Shown: positions 54,054 through 61,309 of the stretch, one piece after another | Position numbering within the stretch: position 1 is the first letter of the stretch | Layout: the number at the start of each line of letters is the position of its first letter | Assembly: GCA_049970055.1 (NCBI GenBank) | Contig: JBMFNR010000004.1 | Coordinates: 1 to 64,000, forward strand | Length of the DNA: 64,000 bases | Direction: 5' to 3' | DNA from: Fervidobacterium sp. | Lineage (GTDB): Bacteria; Thermotogota; Thermotogae; Thermotogales; Fervidobacteriaceae | The notes under the pieces: model-generated | What the model was told of the DNA's origin: nothing | The model's input: the letters and a program-made list of their open reading frames with translations, nothing else | Database searches by the model: none | Made by a program: the position numbers and the translations under genes

Positions 54054-54096
54054 ATGCCACACTTTAAAGTTTGTTAATGATAAAAGAGTGTGGCAT
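54054..54096 (-). terminator. Terminator-like hairpin downstream of the TPR gene
   Basis: ATGCCACACT...AGTGTGGCAT 10-bp stem with a 23-nt loop, followed by TTTTTATTTTT on the minus strand. Confidence 0.6.
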
Positions 54097-54118
54097 AAAG
54101 ATCCTGAAAATAGATTTT

Positions 54119-55150
54119 TTACTCAAGCCTTATTCTTTTCAAAAAGTTATACTCATTCATAGCTTCTTCGTACATTCCCGCGTTTTCGTATAATTGTGCA
54201 AGCTTAAGCCTTTTTTCTTCATTCAACGGATCTTTTTCAACGATCCTTTTATAGGTTAAAACAGCTGCCTTTTTCATGCCTAAAAGTAAGAAGATTCTGT
54301 AACGGATGATTTTAATTGAGAAAAGAAGAATGAAACTTAATAGTACCATTCCCGCAGCGACGATTTTTAAATTACCTTTTACACTGGATATTATAGATGA
54401 AAGGAAACTTACCATAAATTGCAGAATGTCCGATAGATTTCTACTACTTTTCTTTACAATCTTTTCAAGTTCCGTACTTTTATATGAAGGATAATATGTA
54501 GTAACTCTTTTGTATAGTTCTATCAAAAGCTTTACTTTTTCCTCATCTTTATTCAAAATATTTACCTTTACATCTGCTTCAATTTCGTTTACTAAATTAT
54601 CCAAAATCATACTGCTTGCTGGAGTAGATGGAAGGATATTTTCGAAAAAAGCTTTTGATGTTTCTTCTTTCAACAATATTGCTATAAGTTTTTGCGAAAA
54701 TATTTTATCATCCGTTATAGGTATCAATTTCAAAAGGTGGAGAGTATCCAAATTATCAAGGTGCTCTTTGAAGTATTCTCTAAGCACATCTTCTGTGAAT
54801 ATATCGAGGATGTAATATTTTATCTCCGAGATCGCGTTTTTCTTCAAAAAATTTATTAATCCAGGTATATCTTCTTTAATTGCAAAATCTAAATTACTTA
54901 ACTTTCTTTTGGCGTAAAGTTTCTTACCAAGCTCGTCTATGAGTTTGCTCTCTTTAGCAAAAGTATCCGTAGCTTCCGATAATTGAGATATATAAGTTAA
55001 ATACATATCCCAAGCGAATTCTGGGTCCGACTTGGATTTTTCTAGTATATCGTTGACAGAAATCGAAAACAATAATGGGCTGAATAGCGAACTAACTAGA
55101 AGAATCAACGCTACGATTGTTTTCAGAAATACCAAAAGGTTCTTTTTCAT
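54119..55150 (-). CDS. Membrane protein with C-terminal TPR-like repeat
   Basis: N-terminal signal/TM, second TM near the C-terminus, RLKLAQLYENAGMYEEAMNEY. Confidence 0.7.
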   Translation of the reverse strand: MKKNLLVFLKTIVALILLVSSLFSPLLFSISVNDILEKSKSDPEFAWDMYLTYISQLSEATDTFAKESKLIDELGKKLYAKRKLSNLDFAIKEDIPGLINFLKKNAISEIKYYILDIFTEDVLREYFKEHLDNLDTLHLLKLIPITDDKIFSQKLIAILLKEETSKAFFENILPSTPASSMILDNLVNEIEADVKVNILNKDEEKVKLLIELYKRVTTYYPSYKSTELEKIVKKSSRNLSDILQFMVSFLSSIISSVKGNLKIVAAGMVLLSFILLFSIKIIRYRIFLLLGMKKAAVLTYKRIVEKDPLNEEKRLKLAQLYENAGMYEEAMNEYNFLKRIRLE

Positions 55151-56021
55151 CGTTCCCCTCCGGCTCTACGTGTATTACAACATCGTAAACATTCTGAGTT
55201 TCGCACAGTTTTTTCTTTATGCACTTTGTTATTTCATGTGCAGTTCGCACATCCAGTTTTCCATCAACTTCCACATCCATATTTATATCAAACTTTCCGC
55301 CGATCTTTCTTACTCTTACTTTGTGCGGATTCGATGCTCCACACGATTTGCATGCATCAAAAACTTTATCGTATATCCACATTTCTTCTTCTCTTAAACC
55401 GTCCATAAGTTCATGTGCGTTTTCCTCAAATACCTCCCAAGCTACCTTAATTATTATACCAGACATAATCACACCAACGAGTGGATCCATCCAAGGAAGT
55501 CCAATTTTGTTTAACAGAACCCCTAAAAAAACAAGACTTGACATCATTATATCATTTCTCATGTTTTTAGCTTCAGCGACCATGGAGAAACTTTTGTATT
55601 TTTTACCAGCCATATATTCTACCGTAAAAAGAAAAGTTTTTCCAGCAACCGAAATAGCCGCTGCCATTAACGGTAAAAAGCCTGACAGTACCTGATATTC
55701 ACCCTTTATTAACCTACTTGCACTCTCTATTAATAAACTAAAACCTGCATAAAAGATCACAAAAGAGATAATTTTTGCACCAATATTTTCGGCTTTTTGA
55801 TGACCGTAAACATGTTCTTTGTCTGCTGGCTTATGAGATATTACTGTTGCCATAAACATAGTAGATGATGTGAGAATATCTGTTGACGTGTCTATTCCAT
55901 CAGCCAATACCGCCATACTTTTAAATATTAAACCAATGCTTACTTTTATTATAGCCAACAAAGTATTCGTTACAACCGCTATCAGTGCTACTTTTTTCAA
56001 TTCATTTTCGGTATTTTCCAT
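55092..56021 (-). CDS. Cation diffusion facilitator (FieF-like) transporter
   Basis: SMAVLADGIDTSTD, PADKEHVYGHQKAE, DPL and IHVEP motifs. Confidence 0.92.
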   Translation of the reverse strand: MENTENELKKVALIAVVTNTLLAIIKVSIGLIFKSMAVLADGIDTSTDILTSSTMFMATVISHKPADKEHVYGHQKAENIGAKIISFVIFYAGFSLLIESASRLIKGEYQVLSGFLPLMAAAISVAGKTFLFTVEYMAGKKYKSFSMVAEAKNMRNDIMMSSLVFLGVLLNKIGLPWMDPLVGVIMSGIIIKVAWEVFEENAHELMDGLREEEMWIYDKVFDACKSCGASNPHKVRVRKIGGKFDINMDVEVDGKLDVRTAHEITKCIKKKLCETQNVYDVVIHVEPEGNDEKEPFGISENNRSVDSSS

Positions 56022-56073
56022 TTTACAACCTCCTTTCACTCTTTCGGTGAATCATACTGTGTGAAGGCTTATC

Positions 56074-56100
56074 AAAAAAACAAGGGGCATTTGCCCCTTG
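56074..56100 (-). terminator. Intrinsic terminator after rplT
   Basis: Minus strand CAAGGGGC-AAAT-GCCCCTTG-TTTTTTT. Confidence 0.88.
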
Positions 56101-56122
56101 CTATTGAGAATTAATCTCACTT

Positions 56123-56479
56123 TTACTTTCCAAGCGCTGCTTTTGCGATATTCACATATTCTTTGAAAGTATCAGGGTCGTTTACTGCAAGTTCTGCCAA
56201 CATTTTTCTGTTTATTAATACATTGGCAAGTTTCAGGCCGTGAATCAATTCATTGTACTTTAATCCTTCATTCCTTGCTGCAATGTTTATTCTTGTAATC
56301 CAAAGCTTTCTAAAGTTTCCTTTCTTATTTCTTCTGCCGTCAAATGAAAATTTTAACGCTCTGTAGTAAGATTGTTTTGCCAATGTGTATCTTCTACTAA
56401 GTGCACCCCGGAACCCTTTAACAAACTTTAACACCTTTTTCTTTTTCTTTTTTGCATTTATAGCATTTTTAACGCGCAT
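56123..56479 (-). CDS. rplT: 50S ribosomal protein L20
   Basis: MRVK...KGFRG...FRKLWITRINIAAR...NRKMLAELA. Confidence 0.98.
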   Translation of the reverse strand: MRVKNAINAKKKKKKVLKFVKGFRGALSRRYTLAKQSYYRALKFSFDGRRNKKGNFRKLWITRINIAARNEGLKYNELIHGLKLANVLINRKMLAELAVNDPDTFKEYVNIAKAALGK

Positions 56480-56498
56480 CTTTTATTCCTCCCCTTCA

Positions 56499-56702
56499 TT
56501 ATTTTTTGCCAAGAAGTTTGAGTATTCTATTTTCATCGGATTTTGCAACTACATCTTCAAGTCTTAACGCTCTCATAGTTGATCTTCTCTTCTTGCCAGT
56601 CTTATGCCATGCATTTGCATGTCTTCTCATAATTTTACCATTTTTCGTAACCTTGAATCTTTTTGCAGCAGTTTTACTTGTCTTCATTTTTTGCTTAGCC
56701 AT
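56499..56702 (-). CDS. rpmI: 50S ribosomal protein L35
   Basis: KMKTSKTAAKRFKVTKNGK. Confidence 0.97.
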   Translation of the reverse strand: MAKQKMKTSKTAAKRFKVTKNGKIMRRHANAWHKTGKKRRSTMRALRLEDVVAKSDENRILKLLGKK

Positions 56703-56745
56703 CGTTTATCCCTCCTGTTTTATCAATTTTTTTATCATATCTTTT

Positions 56746-57267
56746 TCAAAGATTCTTTGGTTTCAGTACCATCCACATATCTCTGCCTTCCATCTTTGCC
56801 TCTTTTTCAACACTTCCAATATCAGCGATGTCGGTTGCTATTCTATCAAGTATCTCCTTACCCTTTTCAACGAACGCCAATTCTCTACCTCTAAACATCA
56901 CGGTAACTTTGACCTTGTTACCTTCTGTAAGGAACCTTTTTATATGCTTCAGCTTTGTCTGATAATCATGTTCATTTATAACGGGTCTGAATTTCATCTC
57001 TTTGACTTCGATTATCTTTTGATTTTTCTTTGCCTTCTGTTCTCGTTTTGCAAGTTCATACTTGTACTTACCATAATCTAATATCCTTGCAACTGGTGGT
57101 TGGGCATTTGGGGCAACGAGAATCAAATCCAAACCTCTCGACCTCGCCAATTCAATTGCCGAAGATTTAGGCATTACTCCAATAGCTTTGCCATCTTCGT
57201 CAACAATTCTGAGTTCGTTGTAAGGTATCTCTTCGTTCCTTATAATCTTCTCTTTTTCGTTCTTAAT
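56746..57267 (-). CDS. infC: Translation initiation factor IF-3 (ATT start codon)
   Basis: NEEI, LDL...PPVARILDYGKYKYE, KEMKF and FRGRE motifs. AGGAGGGTG SD followed by in-frame ATT at 57267. Confidence 0.96.
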   Translation of the reverse strand: MKNEKEKIIRNEEIPYNELRIVDEDGKAIGVMPKSSAIELARSRGLDLILVAPNAQPPVARILDYGKYKYELAKREQKAKKNQKIIEVKEMKFRPVINEHDYQTKLKHIKRFLTEGNKVKVTVMFRGRELAFVEKGKEILDRIATDIADIGSVEKEAKMEGRDMWMVLKPKNL

Positions 57268-57299
57268 AGTTTTCACCCTCCTGTAAGTAAATGTTATTT

Positions 57300-57432
57300 T
57301 CAAAAATAAAAACGGGCACGACGCCCGTTTCTTATTAACTGCCCAAAGATTATCTCGTGGTTTAATACGATCTCCTTTCAATTACCTAACTAGCTCACGC
57401 TGTTAGGTGGGAAGCGGGCGCCTCCACTTATC
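57300..57432 (-). ncRNA. L20 leader (attenuator of infC-rpmI-rplT)
   Basis: Minus strand AAGUGGAGGCGCCCGCUUCCCACCU...AGGU, then terminator AAACGGGCG-UCG-UGCCCGUUUUU. The upstream CGCCCG is complementary to CGGGCG in the terminator 5' arm (antiterminator). Confidence 0.85.
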
Positions 57433-57475
57433 GCATGTTTACTATGCTCGCATATTTACTATGCTTTGAAAATCT

Positions 57476-57551
57476 TGGTGGGCCGCGTGGGACTCGAACC
57501 CACGGCCACCTGATTAAGAGTCAGGTGCTCTACCTGCTGAGCTAGCGGCCC
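57476..57551 (-). tRNA. tRNA-Lys(CTT)
   Basis: GGGCCGCTAGCTCAGCAGGTAGAGCACCTGA-CTCTTAA-TCAGG...GGTTCGAGTCC...ACCA. Confidence 0.96.
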
Positions 57552-57556
57552 ATTCA

Positions 57557-57631
57557 TGGTGCCCCCAGGAGGAATCGAACCTCCATTTGCGGATTAGGAA
57601 TCCGCCGTTCTATCCTTTGAACTATGGGGGC
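57557..57631 (-). tRNA. tRNA-Arg(CCT)
   Basis: GCCCCCATAGTTCAAAGGATAGAACG-GCGGA-TTCCTAA-TCCGC...GGTTCGATTCC...ACCA. Confidence 0.96.
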
Positions 57632-57645
57632 TTCATGACGTTTTC

Positions 57646-57720
57646 TGGCAGCCCCACGGGGAATCGAACCCCGACCCTCGGACTGAGAATCCGATGGACT
57701 AGCCGTTATCCTATGGGGCC
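57646..57720 (-). tRNA. tRNA-Glu(CTC)
   Basis: GGCCCCATAGGATAACGGCTAGTCCA-TCGGA-TTCTCAG-TCCGA...GGTTCGATTCC...GCCA. Confidence 0.94.
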
Positions 57721-57757
57721 GTTTAACATCATTTAAGAAATCGTCTGACCGTGATAT

Positions 57758-57785
57758 ATATTAACATATGCTAAGAAAAAGTCAA
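57758..57785 (-). promoter_or_regulatory. Probable promoter of the tRNA-Glu/Arg/Lys cluster
   Basis: Minus strand TTGACT-16 nt-TAATAT with TGn extension. Confidence 0.55.
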
Positions 57786-57824
57786 GATACTTTTCTTAAA
57801 AAGTGTGGTATAATTTAACTTGAG

Positions 57825-59090
57825 GTGGGATTGAGAATGATAGATGTTCTACTGAACGCTATTTTGTTTGTCCCAAAATTTGGTATTCATTCTTTTCAAG
57901 TTGGATTTTTAGCATCGAAAATTGCTGCTATACTTGGACTGGATGAGGTAGAAGGCTTCTATGCAGGCGTTCTCCACGATATTGGCATACTAACCCCATA
58001 CAAAGGGGTTGTCATGGACGATATTGACAATCAGTTCCTTATAAATCAGGATATTCCTGCTTACGAAACACCTACGAAAGATCATACGATAATATCTTCG
58101 TTTGAAATATCAAAGATCTCCGCATTGTCAAAAAGATATAAAAATCTTTCTAAAAGCATACTTTTGCACCATGCATTACCACAATACTTGAACGAAAACG
58201 ATATTAGTGATGTTTATGCAAATATACTCTCAATAAGCGAAGAGATATCTAAGTATGTTCTTGTGAACGATGAAGAGCTTAGCTATAACGACCTTGCTTT
58301 GCCGTTGTCTGTCATAAAAAACAGATACTTCGACTTCGTTTACGATGTTGCTATGGGTGTTTTAAAGCAAGAGTATGTTCGTTGGATGCTTTACGATATC
58401 AAATCAGGATACAATCGAGAACAATTAATTGATGAGTACAAACTCGACATTTCACTTTCCTTTGATGAAATAGTCGAAATTGGAGCTGTTTTATCTTATG
58501 TTATTGATTCTAAAAGTGCATTCACAAGGGAACATTCATGGAGGGTCGCGAAGGTTTCTTCCGCTATCGCTAACGAAATAATGTTGGATGGTAATGAGTT
58601 TTTCTTAGCCGGGCTTTTTCATGACATCGGAAAAATTACAACCCCCGTAGAAATTCTTGAGAAAAAAGGAAAACTTGAGCCATGGGAAATGGATATCATG
58701 AGGAAACACGTGTACTACAGTTACATAATTTTGAAGAACCATCAAAATGAACCATGGTTCTGGCCGGCCGTCAGGCATCAAGAGAGAATAGACGGGAGCG
58801 GTTATCCTTGGAAACTGAAAGGTGAGAAGATGACTTTTAAAGACAAAATATTACAGGTTGCAGATTATTTTGTTGCAGTACTAGAACCACGACCTTACAG
58901 AGGTCCAAATACGCCCGAGAAAGCATATAAAGAGGTCTCGCGAGCTGTGGAAAACGGCACACTAGATAAAGGACCGGCAAATATTCTCAAAGAGCTCGTT
59001 TATGGTGGCTATGACTTTGAAAAAATGGATTTTATGTCGAGTATTCAAAGAGAAATCTATGATTTTGAAAAAAGCTTAATGGAGGGATGA
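57825..59090 (+). CDS. Tandem HD / HD-GYP cyclic-dinucleotide phosphodiesterase-like protein
   Basis: N-terminal HS...HDIG...HH domain and C-terminal HS...HDIGK...HQERIDGSGYP...RPYR. Preceded by TGGTATAAT at 57806-57814; start may be ATG 57837. Confidence 0.88.
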   Translation: MGLRMIDVLLNAILFVPKFGIHSFQVGFLASKIAAILGLDEVEGFYAGVLHDIGILTPYKGVVMDDIDNQFLINQDIPAYETPTKDHTIISSFEISKISALSKRYKNLSKSILLHHALPQYLNENDISDVYANILSISEEISKYVLVNDEELSYNDLALPLSVIKNRYFDFVYDVAMGVLKQEYVRWMLYDIKSGYNREQLIDEYKLDISLSFDEIVEIGAVLSYVIDSKSAFTREHSWRVAKVSSAIANEIMLDGNEFFLAGLFHDIGKITTPVEILEKKGKLEPWEMDIMRKHVYYSYIILKNHQNEPWFWPAVRHQERIDGSGYPWKLKGEKMTFKDKILQVADYFVAVLEPRPYRGPNTPEKAYKEVSRAVENGTLDKGPANILKELVYGGYDFEKMDFMSSIQREIYDFEKSLMEG

Positions 59091-59094
59091 TATC

Positions 59095-59466
59095 ATTAAT
59101 CCACGGCAATTTAAAAAATTGGCGATAATAGGTGCGACGACAAATCCAGAAAAGTTTGGAAACATTGTACTTAAAGACCTTATGAGAAAAGGGTTTGATG
59201 TTTACCCTGTTAGTCCAAATTACGATGAAATCGAGGGTCTTAAAGTTTACAAAGGTGTCGAAGAATTACCAAAGGATGTTGAACTGTTAGTGTTTATCGT
59301 TCCACCTATAGTTGGAATTCAGATTCTTAAAAAAGCTTACGAAGTAGGGTTTAGAAAATTCTGGTTTCAGCCTGGTGCAGAATCCAAGGAAATCATTGAA
59401 TATGCAAAAACCATTTCTGATGCAAATTTCTCTTTTATTAAATGTATAATGGTGGAGACAAGATAA
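59095..59466 (+). CDS. CoA-binding (YccU-like) protein
   Basis: AIIGAT.NPEKFG, VYPVSP, WFQPGAES and CIMVE motifs. Start either ATT 59095 (after GGAGG) or TTG 59119. Confidence 0.88.
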   Translation: MNPRQFKKLAIIGATTNPEKFGNIVLKDLMRKGFDVYPVSPNYDEIEGLKVYKGVEELPKDVELLVFIVPPIVGIQILKKAYEVGFRKFWFQPGAESKEIIEYAKTISDANFSFIKCIMVETR

Positions 59467-59495
59467 AGGTTTTTATAACGAAATGAGGGAAGGAA

Positions 59496-60425
59496 ATGAT
59501 TGATATACTAGAAAAGGTACAAAAAGTATTTGCTAATATAAAAGTAGAAGAATTTATGACAAAAGATGTGGTATACGTTAAGCCCGATAGAACTGTAGCA
59601 CAGGTAAAAGAGATCTTGAGGCTTAAAAGAATTTCCGGGGTCCCTGTTGTAGATGATGAAGAAAAAGTTATTGGAATAATAAGTATTGAAGATATAATAA
59701 AATCTCTTGAAAATGGCACTTTGAACGGAAAAGTGAGTGAACATATGACGAAAGATGTCATTTGTTTAAGCAAGGATATGACCATGCAAGAAGTTATGAA
59801 ACAATTTGAGCGTTACCGTTATGGAAGATTTCCTGTTGTTGATGAATACGGAAAGCTTGTTGGTATTGTAACAAAAAATGATATACTTGCGGCAGTTGCA
59901 ACAAGATTGGGGCTTTTGTATCTACATGATGAAAGAAGGAAAGAAGTCTTGGATGGAGATGTTCTCAATAGATCACTTATAACCGGTGAGCAACTCAACA
60001 AAAAAGGTGCAGACTTCTATTTTAAAATAGATTATTTCGATGTGAATCTTGCTGGAATAGGTGCCGCACAATTAAAAAAGTTTTTACTTAGCAAAAACAT
60101 CGGTGAGAATTTAGTGAGACGCGTAGCCGTTGCCGCTTACGAAGCAGAGACGAACGTTGTTATCCATAGTGGTAGTGAAGGAGAACTGTATTGCTTTATT
60201 ACGGAGGACCGTATAATTGTACGCGTTGAAGATACCGGTAAAGGTATCGAAAATATTGAGCTTGCGCTGAAAGAAGGTTATTCAACGGCACCAGATTACG
60301 TTAGAGAACTTGGTTTTGGTGCGGGTATGGGTCTTCCAAATATGAAAAGGTTTTCCGATAAAATGGTTGTACTCTCTGAAAAAGGGAAAGGTGTGGTAGT
60401 CGAGATGGTATTTTACCTACAATGA
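59496..60425 (+). CDS. CBS-pair plus RsbT/RsbW-like HATPase Ser/Thr kinase fusion
   Basis: Two CBS motifs (SGVPVVD, RFPVVD), then EAETNVVIH, EDTGKGI, GYST and GFGAGMGLPN. Confidence 0.88.
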   Translation: MIDILEKVQKVFANIKVEEFMTKDVVYVKPDRTVAQVKEILRLKRISGVPVVDDEEKVIGIISIEDIIKSLENGTLNGKVSEHMTKDVICLSKDMTMQEVMKQFERYRYGRFPVVDEYGKLVGIVTKNDILAAVATRLGLLYLHDERRKEVLDGDVLNRSLITGEQLNKKGADFYFKIDYFDVNLAGIGAAQLKKFLLSKNIGENLVRRVAVAAYEAETNVVIHSGSEGELYCFITEDRIIVRVEDTGKGIENIELALKEGYSTAPDYVRELGFGAGMGLPNMKRFSDKMVVLSEKGKGVVVEMVFYLQ

Positions 60426-60596
60426 GGAAGGTCTTGAACGATTTAGTTTTTTTTGTTAGTCCAATTACTAGTGCGGATTGTAAGACTAGATTACATTATA
60501 CATAAGTATATGTTTGGTATGTAAGCTGCTTATGTAAGGGGTTTTTTAACACATTACGTTTTCAACCCTAAAGGAGGGTTTCTTGCGAATAGTGTG

Positions 60597-61226
60597 ATGA
60601 CTTTGGTACTTGTGGGAGTTCTTGCAACAGTATTGATAGTTGGCGGTATATTTTTACTCATGCCAAAAGATAAGTACATTGAGATTGACGGAGTGAGAAT
60701 CTGGCAAATTCCAAACGATGCGGAGGTAATCTTTATTAATCAAGCACAATCAAATACGGTTTAAAGCTTGAAACAAAAGAATCAATTGATAGCCTTCGTA
60801 GGAGAAGTGCAAGGTACGGGAACTTCTCAGGATCAAGAAAAGGCAAAGATTAGAGATTACCAGCAGATTGCAGAATTTCTCAATACAAAAGCTGAAACAT
60901 TTGCTCAACTGGTTGAAGGTCAGCTTCAAAATGTACAAGTTTCTAGCAACAAACAACAAATTGTAAGTGCATCTGTTGATGCTTACAAGAGGTTAACACA
61001 GATACTTGCAGACGCAAGAATTTCAGGGACTTACGTTTTTGCTGTTTGGAGGGTCAAAAGAGACAACATTGTCAATACTTACTCTTTACTCGTTTACGAC
61101 CCCGCCTCGATCATAAAAATTTTAGAAATGGATGCACAAGTAAAACAGGTGGTTGATGAACTTGGCAAACAGGGTATCAGTTTCTTTAAGAATTTGAACT
61201 CAGTTATGATGGAAGCCACCAAATGA
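60597..61226 (+). pseudogene. Membrane-anchored LPP20-like protein interrupted by in-frame TAA (60762-60764)
   Basis: MTLVLVGVLATVLIVGGIFLL...NQAQSNTV*SLKQKNQ aligns straight through the stop with the downstream paralog (NKARESSVKTLMDSNK). Confidence 0.8.
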
Positions 61227-61258
61227 AAACCTATGGAAAATAAATAATAATTTTTTCG

Positions 61259-61290
61259 AACCCCCTGCTGCGCTGCAGGGGGTTATTTTA
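61259..61290 (+). terminator. Terminator-like hairpin between the two paralogs
   Basis: AACCCCCTGC-TGCGCT-GCAGGGGGTT followed by ATTTT. Confidence 0.75.
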
Positions 61291-61309
61291 CTAATTGGAG
61301 GTGATTGAT

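Noticed and set aside
57268..57381. N-terminal extension of the infC ORF
   Set aside because: It overlaps the L20 leader terminator; the SD-aligned ATT at 57267 is the expected start
44471..57720. Integrated element at either tRNA cluster
   Set aside because: No integrase, no duplicated tRNA 3' end seen, and the flanks are core genes
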